Below are positions 46,625 to 58,923 of a stretch of DNA of 64,000 nucleotides, in pieces. Source of the stretch: an uncultured Ignavibacteria bacterium (GTDB lineage: Bacteria; Zixibacteria; MSB-5A5; DSPP01; RBG-1); NCBI GenBank assembly GCA_964399055.1, contig CAYNPJ010000001.1:582935-646934 (forward strand), given 5' to 3'. The position numbers and the translations under genes were made by a program. A model generated the notes under the pieces. The model saw only the letters and a list, made by a program, of their open reading frames with translations, made no database searches and had not been told where the DNA came from. Numbering within the stretch: position 1 is the stretch's first letter; each line of letters begins with the position of its first letter.

Positions 46625-48259
46625 ATGTCAATGTCTTCATTAAGGCTGGGGTTAATCTTAGTCATCGCATTAATCCACGCATCCGTAATTTTCAGCCAGG
46701 AAGAGGTGTACGAAGCCTGGGTAGCCCGCTACAACGGCCCGGGTAATTCTGACGACCAGGCCACAGCCCTGGTCCAGGATAACAGCGGGAACGTATACGT
46801 GACAGGTTTTAGCAGAGGAAATGGGACAGGCTGGGATTATGCAACCATAAAGTACTCTCCTGCCGGAGAGGAGTTATGGGTAGCCCGCTACAACGGGCCG
46901 ATAAGCTTTAACGATTTGGCCTACGCATTAGCAGTAGACCAGAGCGGAAATGTGTACGTTACCGGTGGAAGCTTTGACAGCAGCGGGCTCGATTATGCCA
47001 CGATTAAATATTCTCCCTCCGGGGAGAGTCTGTGGGTGAGAAGATATAACGGGCCGGGTGATTCGGCTGACTGGGCCAATGACCTGGCAGTTGACCAGGA
47101 GGGCAACGTATACGTGACCGGTCAGAGCGGCGGAATCGGCAGCCAGGATGATTATGCTACCATTAAATACTCTCCTAATGGAGACAGTCTCTGGGTGAGA
47201 AGATACAATGGCATGGGTAATGAGAACGACGTTGCTAAGGCTTTAGCAGTGGATGACAGCGGAAATATTTTGGTAACTGGCTATAGCGTTGATAGTGTCC
47301 GCTCAGCCGATTTCCTGACCATTAAATATTCCCCTAGCGGGGATACTCTGTGGGTGAGAAGATTAAACGGTCCGGGAAACATGTCCGACAACGCGAATGA
47401 TATAGCCTTGGATGACAGCGGCAATGCGTATGTGACAGGTCATAGCTGGGGTGTCGGCACTTCGCACGACTATCTCACGGTCAAGTACTCGGCTGCCGGG
47501 GCGATGTTGTGGGCCAGCAGATATGACGGTCCGGATGGCAATACGGAATCCGCCTATGCCATATCGGTTGACCCTTATTACAATGTCTGTGTGACCGGTT
47601 ACAGCCTGGGCAGTACCAGCTCAATGGACTATGCCACCGTAAAATATTCCTCTGACGGAGACACCGTCTGGGTAAGAAGGCATAATGGTTCAGACAATGC
47701 TGCCGACCTTGGCAATGCCATAGAGGCAGACCATCTCGGCAATGTCTATGTGACCGGTGAGAGCCCTAACAGTGGTTCTTTCACCGATTTTGTAACCATA
47801 AAATACAGCTCATCAGGCAACAGCACATGGTTGAAACGTTACAACGGCCCTGGAAATGGTAGCGATCGAGCCGAAGATTTGGAATTAGACGACAGTGGTA
47901 ATGTGTATGTAACTGGCCACAGCGCTGGTGATGAATCTTCCGATGATTATGCCACTATTAAGTATTCTCCCTGCTCTGCTGAGAGCCCCTTAGCAGGTGA
48001 TGCCAGCTCGGACCAAACTTATACTTTGGTAGATATCATTGCCACCGTGAACTATATTTTCAATAGACCCGGTTTCGCGGCCTGTTCCTCTAACTCCGCC
48101 ATTTGCTGGTTATCCGACAGATTGTGTCGGGGGGACTGGAATGGCTCTGGTGATGTGACCTTAGGGGATGTGATTCAGGGAGCAAACTTCATTTTTGATA
48201 AATCCGGCGGTCCTTGGTCTCCGGTTTCTTCCTTGGGCTGCTGTCCTTATTCTCCTTAA
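46625..48259 (+). CDS. secreted SBBP beta-propeller-repeat protein with dockerin-like Cys-rich C-terminal domain
   Basis: Signal peptide. At least 8 tandem roughly 50-aa repeats with the YVTG / DYATIKYS / LWVRRYNGPGN motifs (SBBP type). Conserved C-terminal roughly 90 aa ending in CCPYSP. Confidence 0.6.
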   Translation: MSMSSLRLGLILVIALIHASVIFSQEEVYEAWVARYNGPGNSDDQATALVQDNSGNVYVTGFSRGNGTGWDYATIKYSPAGEELWVARYNGPISFNDLAYALAVDQSGNVYVTGGSFDSSGLDYATIKYSPSGESLWVRRYNGPGDSADWANDLAVDQEGNVYVTGQSGGIGSQDDYATIKYSPNGDSLWVRRYNGMGNENDVAKALAVDDSGNILVTGYSVDSVRSADFLTIKYSPSGDTLWVRRLNGPGNMSDNANDIALDDSGNAYVTGHSWGVGTSHDYLTVKYSAAGAMLWASRYDGPDGNTESAYAISVDPYYNVCVTGYSLGSTSSMDYATVKYSSDGDTVWVRRHNGSDNAADLGNAIEADHLGNVYVTGESPNSGSFTDFVTIKYSSSGNSTWLKRYNGPGNGSDRAEDLELDDSGNVYVTGHSAGDESSDDYATIKYSPCSAESPLAGDASSDQTYTLVDIIATVNYIFNRPGFAACSSNSAICWLSDRLCRGDWNGSGDVTLGDVIQGANFIFDKSGGPWSPVSSLGCCPYSP

Positions 48260-48456
48260 TGAGAATTCTTATCTGAAATTTCAAGGTTCAGAGAATAGGT
48301 ACAGAAACGGCAGGATTGGCCTTGTCCGAGCCAGCGGAGGTTGTTCGGGGGAAACTTCTTGTATTAGGTACAGCCATCCCTCCACTCATTTCATTCGCTC
48401 GGGATGAATTTCTCGCTGCGCTCGAAATTCAATGCCTCGACTTCGCTCGGCACAAG

Positions 48457-48528
48457 CTGAGGCGGTAGGATTCGAACCTACAATCTTCCGGTTAACAGCC
48501 GGCTGCACTGCCCTTGTGCTACGCCTCA
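48457..48528 (-). tRNA. tRNA-Asn (anticodon GTT)
   Basis: Cloverleaf folds by hand. Acceptor TGAGGCG/CGCCTCA, U8, D-stem GCAC/GTGC, anticodon loop CTGTTAA, T-arm GTAGG-TTCGAAT-CCTAC. One G-A mismatch at the base of the anticodon stem. No encoded CCA. Confidence 0.6.
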
Positions 48529-48542
48529 ATTTTCAAAGGGCA

Positions 48543-49370
48543 TTAAAAAATCTGTTCTCCCCGTTTGCTCTGACACCTAGGGCAAAAATGAGTCGACCTC
48601 TGCCCTACTAAGATTCTCTTAATTTTCGCTCTACATCTGGAACAGGGTTTCCCCTCTTTGCCATAGGCTTTATGATAAATCTGAAAATGACCGGGATTGC
48701 CCTCCACGTCCACATAATTGTCCACTGAGGAGCCGCCGGTTTTAATGGCTTTGGTCAGGACCTTCTTGATAGCCTTATATAAGCGCAGAAGTTCAACTTT
48801 ACTTAAGCTATAAGTCTTCCTCAAGGGGTGGAGTTTGGCCTCAAATAAAGACTCGTCCGCATAAATGTTACCAATGCCTGCTAAAAAGCTCTGGTCTAAA
48901 AGAGCGGGTTTTAGCAATCTCTTTCTATTGCGGAAAAGTTCAACAAATTCATCAAAACTTATCTGCAAAGGCTCCGGGCCTAATTTTTGAATTGGCTCCT
49001 GGCCATTGGTCATAAGAGCAAGTTTTCCGAATTTGCGGATGTCGTGGAAATGAAGCTCTCCTTGAGCATCTTTGAATCTGAACAGAGCCACGTCATGCTT
49101 GTTGCCTTGGGCTCTCTTACTATAGTAAAAGAGATGGCCGGTCATTCCCAGATGAGCCACAAGAGTTTTATTGTCCGATAGTAAAAAGAGGATATTTTTC
49201 CCCCGCCGGTTTATCTCTTTGATTCTCTTTCTGGGCAGGGAGACTGTTAATTCGCGCAAATCGGATTTAACGATCTTGGGAGAGAAAATCTTGACCTCCT
49301 GGATAGTTCGACCCAGGACAGTCTTTTTCAGCCCGGCCACTACGGTTTCAACTTCAGGTAGTTCAGGCAT
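48543..49370 (-). CDS. mutM: formamidopyrimidine-DNA glycosylase
   Basis: N-terminal MPELPEVETV (catalytic Pro2/Glu3) and C-terminal zinc finger CSRCRAKI...FCPRCQ. Confidence 0.85.
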   Translation of the reverse strand: MPELPEVETVVAGLKKTVLGRTIQEVKIFSPKIVKSDLRELTVSLPRKRIKEINRRGKNILFLLSDNKTLVAHLGMTGHLFYYSKRAQGNKHDVALFRFKDAQGELHFHDIRKFGKLALMTNGQEPIQKLGPEPLQISFDEFVELFRNRKRLLKPALLDQSFLAGIGNIYADESLFEAKLHPLRKTYSLSKVELLRLYKAIKKVLTKAIKTGGSSVDNYVDVEGNPGHFQIYHKAYGKEGKPCSRCRAKIKRILVGQRSTHFCPRCQSKRGEQIF

Positions 49371-49371
49371 G

Positions 49372-49947
49372 CTATTTCTTCAAATCAGACAGAGCTTTTT
49401 TCAAATCCTCGAAATCGTTCTGGTCTCTGACCGAATACTCCAAATCTTGGTAGGCAATCTTTCCCTGATTGTCAATCAAAAAGACGGTGCGTTTGCACAT
49501 GCCGTAGTCTTCGTTCCAGGAAGCATACTGCTTGGCCACCTTGCCTCCATAGTCAGACACCAGGGTGAAAGGGAGATTGTGATGCTTGGCCCATTCGTGA
49601 TGAGAATAGGCATAGTCGCCGGAGATAGCCACAATCTGAGCATTCAATTCCTGCAGGGCGGAGAAATTGTCCCGAAAAGTGCACATCTCTTTGGTGCAGC
49701 CGCCGGACCAATCAGCCGGATAAAAGGCCAGGACTATGGGGCCCTTGCCAAATAAATTAGAGAGCTTTAAACCTTCGCGGGCAAGGCTGTCTTTAGTGGC
49801 ATAAGGTAAGGTGAAATCGATGGATTTCTCTCCAACGTCCGGGGTCTTGATTTGAGTCATTTTTTCTCCTTGGGCTTGGTTTTCGTAAGCAAAGGTTAAG
49901 CCGGTCATGAGAAAAGAGGCTGCCACAAACAGACATTTTATTTTCAT
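49372..49947 (-). CDS. secreted peroxiredoxin (AhpC/TSA, Bcp-like)
   Basis: Signal peptide. Peroxidatic Cys motif FYPADWSGGCTKEMC. Confidence 0.8.
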   Translation of the reverse strand: MKIKCLFVAASFLMTGLTFAYENQAQGEKMTQIKTPDVGEKSIDFTLPYATKDSLAREGLKLSNLFGKGPIVLAFYPADWSGGCTKEMCTFRDNFSALQELNAQIVAISGDYAYSHHEWAKHHNLPFTLVSDYGGKVAKQYASWNEDYGMCKRTVFLIDNQGKIAYQDLEYSVRDQNDFEDLKKALSDLKK

Positions 49948-50063
49948 ATCTCCTCCACCGCTTCAAATAATATTTAACTTTATACGACTAAAAAGTCAAT
50001 TTCAACGGAGAATCGCTTGATGAATTTTCAATTTCTGATATCTTGGACGCACTGGAGTAAAAC

Positions 50064-52205
50064 TTGACAGATTTCTTAAAGGAGCTGAACCCACCACAGA
50101 GGGAGGCGGTTACCCATCCAAAAGGACCGCTGCTCATTTTAGCCGGAGCAGGCTCAGGCAAGACCAGAGTTTTGACTTACCGCATCGCCTTCCTGATAGC
50201 AGAGAAATTGGCCAATCCGGAAAACATTTTGGGCGTCACCTTCACCAATAAGGCGGCGGGTGAAATGAAAGAGAGAGTGGCCAATTTAGTTGGGGTGAAA
50301 TCGGCCAGTATCTGGCTCTCCACTTTTCACTCTTTCTGCGCCAGGCTGTTGCGCCAATACGCGCAGCATATAGGCTACAGCCAGCATTTCACCATCTATG
50401 ACGAGGATGACCAGAGCGCTCTAATCAGCGAATGTATAAAAGAAAGAGATTTGCCCAGACAGAGATTTGCACCCTCTTTAGTGCTGAATAAAATCTCGGC
50501 CTGCAAGAATGTGTTGATAGATTATCAGAGCTATTTCCAGCACGCGCATGATTACTTTGAAAAGACCGTAGCTGAACTCTACCAGAGTTACCAGACCAGA
50601 TTAGAAAAAGCCAATGCGCTCGATTTCGATGACTTGCTCATGCAAACCGTCAGATTACTACAGAGGCAAGAGAAAGTTCTGGCACAATTACAGGAAAGAT
50701 TTCAGCATATCTTAGTAGATGAATACCAGGATACTAATCATGCCCAGTACGTTCTGGTCAAATCATTATCCGGCCAGAGCAGAAATTTAGCGGTGGTTGG
50801 GGATGACGACCAGTCCATCTACGGCTGGAGAGGGGCGGATTTGAAGAACATTTTGGATTTTGAGAGAGATTATCCGGAGTGCAAGGTGGTCCGCCTGGAG
50901 CAGAACTACCGCTCTACGCAGAATATTTTAGAGGCGGCCTGGTCAGTGGTGAAGAACAACTTCTCCCGCAAGGAAAAGAAGCTGTGGACAGAGAATGTGT
51001 CCGGAGAAAAAATTAAATTACTGGAAGGCTACGACGAGAAACAGGAAGCGCAGTCGGTAGTAGAAAAAATCCGAGAGCTGAGATCAAGAAACGAGTGGTC
51101 TGATTTCGTGATTCTGTACAGGACCAATGCGCAATCGCGGGTGTTAGAGCAGGCTCTGCGGGATGCAGGGATGCCTTACGTGATAGTGGGGGGTGTGCGA
51201 TTTTACGAAAGAAAAGAAATCAAGGACATATTGGCTTTCTTGAAAATCTTAGCCAATCCCAAAGATGATTTGAGCTTGAAGAGAATTATAAAAACGTTTG
51301 GCGAAGGAATCGGAGAGAAAACGATTTCCGTATTGGAGAAGAAAGCGCTGACGGAAGGGTTATCACTCTTAGAAGCGTTGCAGGATAAGACATTTATAAG
51401 TGAACTTTCTACCAAGGCTAAAAAATCATTTGAGAAACTCATAGGTTGGCAGAAGGAATTTGAAGAGGCAAAAGATGGAATCTCATTGCCAGAACTTACT
51501 GAAAGAATTCTGGAAAGGACCGGCTATTTGGAAGAGTTGACGCTGGAGAGGAGCGAGGAATCTTTAAACAGAGCGGAAAACCTCAGAGAATTAGTCTCAG
51601 CAGTCAGGGAATTTACGGAGCGGAGTGAGAATCCGAGTCTGGAAAGTTTCCTGGAAGAGGTGGCGTTAATCACCGACATCGACCAGTGGGACAATGCCAA
51701 AGAGGCGGTTAGCCTGATGACCCTGCATTCGGCCAAAGGGTTGGAATTCTCAGTAGTTTTTTTGGTCGGTTTGGAAGAAGGACTTTTTCCACTCTCGCGT
51801 TCCTTAGAGAGTGTGGAGCAGACTGAGGAAGAGAGAAGATTGTTTTACGTGGGCTGCACCCGGGCCAAGCAACTCTTGTTCTTAAGCTATGCTAGAATGA
51901 GAAACAGATTCGGACAAACTTATAACCTGCGCTCGCGATTCTTAGATGAAATTCCAGAGGAGCTGATTGAAATTCAAAGGCCGGAGCAGGTTTTGTGGGA
52001 GAAAGTTGAAAAGTTGGCGGAGATGGAGTCCAGGCTGGATTCGATGTTACGGGTTGGTAGCCGGATAATACATCCTACTTTCGGGTACGGGCAGGTGGTG
52101 GCTAAGGAGGGGAGTGGGGAAAACCTACGGCTGACAGTGGTATTTAATAGAGGGATGAAGAAGAGGCTCTTGGCCAAATATGCGGATTTGGAGATAGTGG
52201 GGTAA
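50064..52205 (+). CDS. pcrA: ATP-dependent DNA helicase PcrA/UvrD
   Basis: LNPPQREAV, Walker A AGAGSGKT, UvrD motifs (VDEYQDTN, LEQNYRST). Confidence 0.85.
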   Translation: MTDFLKELNPPQREAVTHPKGPLLILAGAGSGKTRVLTYRIAFLIAEKLANPENILGVTFTNKAAGEMKERVANLVGVKSASIWLSTFHSFCARLLRQYAQHIGYSQHFTIYDEDDQSALISECIKERDLPRQRFAPSLVLNKISACKNVLIDYQSYFQHAHDYFEKTVAELYQSYQTRLEKANALDFDDLLMQTVRLLQRQEKVLAQLQERFQHILVDEYQDTNHAQYVLVKSLSGQSRNLAVVGDDDQSIYGWRGADLKNILDFERDYPECKVVRLEQNYRSTQNILEAAWSVVKNNFSRKEKKLWTENVSGEKIKLLEGYDEKQEAQSVVEKIRELRSRNEWSDFVILYRTNAQSRVLEQALRDAGMPYVIVGGVRFYERKEIKDILAFLKILANPKDDLSLKRIIKTFGEGIGEKTISVLEKKALTEGLSLLEALQDKTFISELSTKAKKSFEKLIGWQKEFEEAKDGISLPELTERILERTGYLEELTLERSEESLNRAENLRELVSAVREFTERSENPSLESFLEEVALITDIDQWDNAKEAVSLMTLHSAKGLEFSVVFLVGLEEGLFPLSRSLESVEQTEEERRLFYVGCTRAKQLLFLSYARMRNRFGQTYNLRSRFLDEIPEELIEIQRPEQVLWEKVEKLAEMESRLDSMLRVGSRIIHPTFGYGQVVAKEGSGENLRLTVVFNRGMKKRLLAKYADLEIVG

Positions 52206-52339
52206 ACTGGCTTCAATTTGAGCAGGCAGGGATTTTTTCTACCTTTTAGAATTTGAGAATCGGTCTCAGTTATTAAATAATTGTCCTTGACTGGAACTGA
52301 TTATAAGCTAGATTTAATTAGTAGGCAAAGGGAAAAAAT

Positions 52340-53878
52340 ATGGGGAAGAGACCGCTGGCCATTCTTCTGTGGGTAGGATTCATCCTATTTTTAGTCTCAG
52401 CGGCAAAGGCCGAAGTGTCAGCGGAAATTGGAGATGACATCCCGGTGGATATTGCAGTTGACCAGAATGGGAATGCGTATGTGACTGGTCTTAGTTACGC
52501 TCCGATTACTGGATTGGATTTTGCCACTTTAAAATATTCATCCGTAGGAGAGCTACTATGGAAAAGGCGTTATCCAGTCCAGGGACATGGTGATGATGTT
52601 CCGGTCAAGTTGGCCCTGGATTATGCGGGGAACTTATATCTCACTGGATATACCGATGATTACCCTACCAGTAATAATTATGCCACTATCAAATACTCTC
52701 CTGTGGGTGGTCTTTTGTGGTCAAAAAGTTATGGCGGGCCTGGCGGTGGCAGCGATGCTCCAACCGATCTGGAGTTAGATGACTCAGGCAATGTTTTTGT
52801 AACCGGTTATGCTTATTTTAATCCAGGTGGCAAAAATTATGTCACAGTGGCTTATACTTTTACAGGGCTCACGATTTGGGGTGCCATATATGATGGGCCG
52901 ATAAATTCAGAAGACCGAGCTGTAGCTTTAGAAGTTAGTCCAGACGGCAATATCTATGTTACGGGTACCAGTGTTAGCCGCCTTCTCTGGTACGATAATC
53001 CATGGGGACCTGGTTATATGGGTCCGGATTATGATTATGCTACAATAAAACTGAATTCTCAAGGCGATACAGATTGGGTGCGGAGGTTCGGCAATTATTA
53101 TGATTATGATTCGCCTAATGACATGGCGCTAGATGATTCTGGGAATATCTTTATAACTGGCATTTCAGGAACTATCAGTTATAAACCAGATGGTAGCGTA
53201 AGATGGACAAATAAAAATCTTCAAGGCAATTTAATAGTTTGTGACACTTCCGGCAATATCTACATACTTAATAAGGAAAGCGTCTCCAAGTATTCCGCGT
53301 CTGGAAGCTTCATTTGGTTTGCGAACCACGGAGGGAATGACTTAGCCTTAGACAAGAACGGCAATGTATATATAGCTGGAGGGAGTTCTGATTTTTTAAC
53401 GGTCAAACTCCCTTCTGGCGGAAGTAATGCTTGGGTAAGACATTATGATGGGCCAGCCGGTGGAACTGACCAAGCCACGGCCATTGCAGTGGACGACAGC
53501 GGGAACGTTTATGTTACTGGAAAAAGCCAGGGGATAGGAACATGTTACGATTATGCCACGGTAAAATACTCGGCAGATGGAAATCAACTCTGGATTAATC
53601 GTTTCAATAATTACTGTCTGGCAATTCCAGGTGATGCCGATGCTAGTAGCGATTTTACCTTAGGAGATATAATAGCCATAGTCAATTATTATTTCAACAA
53701 GCCGGGCTGTTCTCCTCAGCCTTTGTGTTGGTTGTCAAATTTACTATGTCGCGGAGATTGGAATGGTAGCGGCACTATATCTCTGGGAGACATAATTCGG
53801 GGCGTAAATTATTTTTTCAACAAGCCGGGCGGCCCCTGGAATGCACTTCCCAGCGGACCATGCTGCCTAGTGCCGTAG
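52340..53878 (+). CDS. secreted SBBP beta-propeller-repeat protein with dockerin-like Cys-rich C-terminal domain
   Basis: Signal peptide. YVTG and DYATIKYS-type repeats. C-terminal domain homologous to those at 47972-48259 and 62965-63231, ending in CCLVP. Confidence 0.6.
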   Translation: MGKRPLAILLWVGFILFLVSAAKAEVSAEIGDDIPVDIAVDQNGNAYVTGLSYAPITGLDFATLKYSSVGELLWKRRYPVQGHGDDVPVKLALDYAGNLYLTGYTDDYPTSNNYATIKYSPVGGLLWSKSYGGPGGGSDAPTDLELDDSGNVFVTGYAYFNPGGKNYVTVAYTFTGLTIWGAIYDGPINSEDRAVALEVSPDGNIYVTGTSVSRLLWYDNPWGPGYMGPDYDYATIKLNSQGDTDWVRRFGNYYDYDSPNDMALDDSGNIFITGISGTISYKPDGSVRWTNKNLQGNLIVCDTSGNIYILNKESVSKYSASGSFIWFANHGGNDLALDKNGNVYIAGGSSDFLTVKLPSGGSNAWVRHYDGPAGGTDQATAIAVDDSGNVYVTGKSQGIGTCYDYATVKYSADGNQLWINRFNNYCLAIPGDADASSDFTLGDIIAIVNYYFNKPGCSPQPLCWLSNLLCRGDWNGSGTISLGDIIRGVNYFFNKPGGPWNALPSGPCCLVP

Positions 53879-53991
53879 GCAGTTATAATTTGGGACTTAC
53901 CCCTTCCTTATTCGCCATCGATCAGTCGTAGGGACAATTCGCCTTTGGCGATACCCATCTCTGACTCACCCTCCTCTAAGAGGAGAGGGTA

Positions 53992-54023
53992 ATAAAAAAG
54001 GCAGGCCGAGGTGACCTGCCTTT
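53992..54023. terminator. bidirectional intrinsic terminator hairpin
   Basis: A-run, then GGCAGG-CCGAGGTGA-CCTGCC, then T-run. Lies between convergent genes. Confidence 0.4.
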
Positions 54024-54048
54024 GAAAAACTTTTTCCTCCTTGTCTTC

Positions 54049-54189
54049 TTAGCCGCCGATTCGAAACATCTTGGTGCCGCACTTGGGGCAGACACCCTGC
54101 ACGGCTTTCTTCTTGTTCTTCATGGTGACAGTCTTGGGATTCTTCATCTCTCTTTTGGCCTTACACTTCACGCAGTAAGCCTGTGGCAT
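54049..54189 (-). CDS. small zinc-ribbon protein (DUF5679-like)
   Basis: MPQAYCVKCKAKREMKNPKTVTMKNKKKAVQGVCPKCGTKMFRIGG with two CxxC pairs. AGGAGA RBS 7 nt upstream of the internal ATG. Confidence 0.45.
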   Translation of the reverse strand: MPQAYCVKCKAKREMKNPKTVTMKNKKKAVQGVCPKCGTKMFRIGG

Positions 54190-54402
54190 CTGGTTCTCCT
54201 TTCGGTTAGGTTTGCAGGAGTATAGTGATTTATTCCGGTTTGTCAAAGGAAATCTTGCTGGCTACTAACAATTTCTGCCACTTGTAAGATTGTGACCCCA
54301 CCTTAATCCTCCCCTCTGGTTCGACTTCGCTCACCATAAATAGGGGAGGAAATAAACAGGAGTTGGGCTTGACAATCAATTCAACAGAGCTAAGATTGAG
54401 CC

Positions 54403-54699
54403 ATGGCTATTTCACGGGAAAAAGTGGAGCATATTGCCAAGTTAGCGCGTCTGCAACTGACCGAGGACGAAATAACGCGCTTTCAGGTTGAGCTGGGTAA
54501 GATTATCGAGTATTTCGACCAGTTGAAGAAGCTGGATACGGAGAATGTCCCTCCAATGACTCATGCGGTGCCATTGGAGAATGTTTTAAGAGAGGATCAG
54601 TCAGAGAAAAGTCTAACAATCGAAGAAGCCCTGCAAAATGCTCCGGAAAAGAAGGATAGCTATTTCCAAGTCCCGAAAGTAGTTGGGCAGGATTCTTGA
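54403..54699 (+). CDS. gatC: Asp-tRNA(Asn)/Glu-tRNA(Gln) amidotransferase subunit C
   Basis: MAISREKVEHIAKLARLQLTEDEI...ENVPPMTH matches the GatC consensus. Confidence 0.8.
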   Translation: MAISREKVEHIAKLARLQLTEDEITRFQVELGKIIEYFDQLKKLDTENVPPMTHAVPLENVLREDQSEKSLTIEEALQNAPEKKDSYFQVPKVVGQDS

Positions 54700-54780
54700 G
54701 GAAAACCCCTCGGGTCAAAATATTTTTTTGAATTTTGGTTGACAGTTTGAAAGCTTTCTTGTAAGATTGCTTTCGATGTT

Positions 54781-57178
<2,398 letters not shown>

Positions 57179-57261
57179 GCAATTCCGACACAAGCGGGGA
57201 TATACTGAGGTCAGGGTTCAGAATCATTCGGGCCGCTAGTAAATTCTAACAAACATCTGCC

Positions 57262-58041
57262 ATGAAACTTCCCCTATATCTGATTGACGCCTTCACGAGC
57301 AGAGCGTTCACCGGCAATCCGGCTGCGGTCTGTCCTCTGACGGAGTGGCTGCCTGAGAAAACCATGCAGGCTATTGCTGCAGAGAATAATCTCTCTGAGA
57401 CTGCATTTTTCATCAAAAAGGGAGAAGACTATGAACTGCGCTGGTTTACTCCTACTACGGAAGTAGATTTATGCGGACATGCCACGTTAGCCTCCGCCTA
57501 CCTGATATTGAATAAAATTGAGCCAGATAAATCAGCCGTGCATTTCCACAGCAAGAGCGGAATCCTTAACGTAACTAAAGAGGGGAAGCTGTTAGCCTTG
57601 GATTTTCCCTCCCGTCCGGCTGAGCCTGCTCAAGCGCCGTTTGAGCTATTAAACGGACTGGGAATACAACCTAAAGAGGTTTTAAAAGCCAGGGATTACT
57701 TAGTGCTGCTCGAATCTGAGAAAGCCGTAAAGAATCTGAAGCCCGATTTCGCAGAACTCTCCAGATTAGAACAGGCCAGCGTGATTGTAACCGCTCCAGG
57801 AGAGGGAGTTGACTTTGTCTCCCGCTTTTTTGCGCCGGGTTTTGGAATTCCGGAAGACCCGGTCACCGGCTCGGCCCACTGTACCTTGATTCCCTTCTGG
57901 TCAAAGAGATTGAACAAAACTAAGTTAATTGCCAGACAGGTCTCTGCCAGAGGAGGGGAACTTTTTTGCGAGGATAAAGGAGAGAGGGTCAAAATAGCCG
58001 GTGAAGCGGCGCTCTATTTAGAAGGGGAGATTACAATCTAA
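57262..58041 (+). CDS. PhzF-family isomerase
   Basis: PhzF/DapF-fold conservation (LPLYLIDAFT...GNPAAV, ...TGSAHC). Confidence 0.8.
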   Translation: MKLPLYLIDAFTSRAFTGNPAAVCPLTEWLPEKTMQAIAAENNLSETAFFIKKGEDYELRWFTPTTEVDLCGHATLASAYLILNKIEPDKSAVHFHSKSGILNVTKEGKLLALDFPSRPAEPAQAPFELLNGLGIQPKEVLKARDYLVLLESEKAVKNLKPDFAELSRLEQASVIVTAPGEGVDFVSRFFAPGFGIPEDPVTGSAHCTLIPFWSKRLNKTKLIARQVSARGGELFCEDKGERVKIAGEAALYLEGEITI

Positions 58042-58923
58042 GTGAGGAGCACAACTATCATCAGCAGCAAAATTGTCAAGGTAGGCAAAATTAAAATCGG
58101 AGGCGGAAACCGTCTGGCTCTGATTGCCGGGCCCTGCGTGATTGAGTCGGAGAAATTAGTGATGCGGACGGCTGAAGCGATTAAAAAGCGCACTGAGCGT
58201 TGCCGCATCTCTTTCATCTTCAAATCTTCTTATCTCAAAGCTAACCGGTTGAGCATTGATTCATTTACCGGGCCGGGAATAAAAAGAGGACTTAGGATTT
58301 TGGAAAAAGTAAGAAAGGAATTTGAGGTTCCGGTTTTAACAGACGTGCATTCTGTTGAGGAGTCTAAAATAGCCGGAGAAATAGTTGATGTAGTGCAAGT
58401 CCCGGCTTTCCTGTGCCGTCAGACCGATATCGTCTTAGCCGCAGGCAGAACCGGTAAAGTGGTCAATTTGAAAAAAGGGCAATTTATGGCGCCGGAAGAT
58501 ATGGCTGCCATTGTCAAGAAGGTTGAGTCAACCGGAAATAAGAATATTCTGCTGACCGAAAGAGGGACTACTTTTGGTTATCACAACTTAGTGGTAGATA
58601 TGCGCTCGTTACTAATTATGCGTGAATTCGGTTATCCGGTGGTCTTCGATGCCACCCATTCACTTCAGTTACCAGGAGGCGGCGGAAAAGTCTCCTCAGG
58701 TCAGCCAGAGTTTATTATCCCTCTGGCAAGGGCGGCAGTAGCCTGCGGATGTGATGCACTCTTTGTCGAAACCCACCCGGATGTAAAGAATGCTCTCTCG
58801 GATGCCAGGAGCATGCTGCCTTTGGACCAGTTAGATATGTTACTCAGACAGGTTACAGAGATTGACCAATTGATGAAAGAGAATCTTTCTAGTGAAAGAA
58901 AGTCTGCAAAAAAAACTAAGTAA
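58042..58923 (+). CDS. kdsA: 3-deoxy-8-phosphooctulonate synthase
   Basis: KDO8P synthase motifs (LIAGPCVIES, FKSSYLKANR, DATHSLQLPGG). Confidence 0.85.
   Translation: MRSTTIISSKIVKVGKIKIGGGNRLALIAGPCVIESEKLVMRTAEAIKKRTERCRISFIFKSSYLKANRLSIDSFTGPGIKRGLRILEKVRKEFEVPVLTDVHSVEESKIAGEIVDVVQVPAFLCRQTDIVLAAGRTGKVVNLKKGQFMAPEDMAAIVKKVESTGNKNILLTERGTTFGYHNLVVDMRSLLIMREFGYPVVFDATHSLQLPGGGGKVSSGQPEFIIPLARAAVACGCDALFVETHPDVKNALSDARSMLPLDQLDMLLRQVTEIDQLMKENLSSERKSAKKTK

Noticed and set aside
41500-48528. An intact integrative element (prophage, ICE or genomic island) with integrase
   Set aside because: No tyrosine or serine recombinase, phage structural genes or conjugation genes are present between the repeats. 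The regions are interpreted as fixed island remnants, though an integrase could lie upstream of the window region examined
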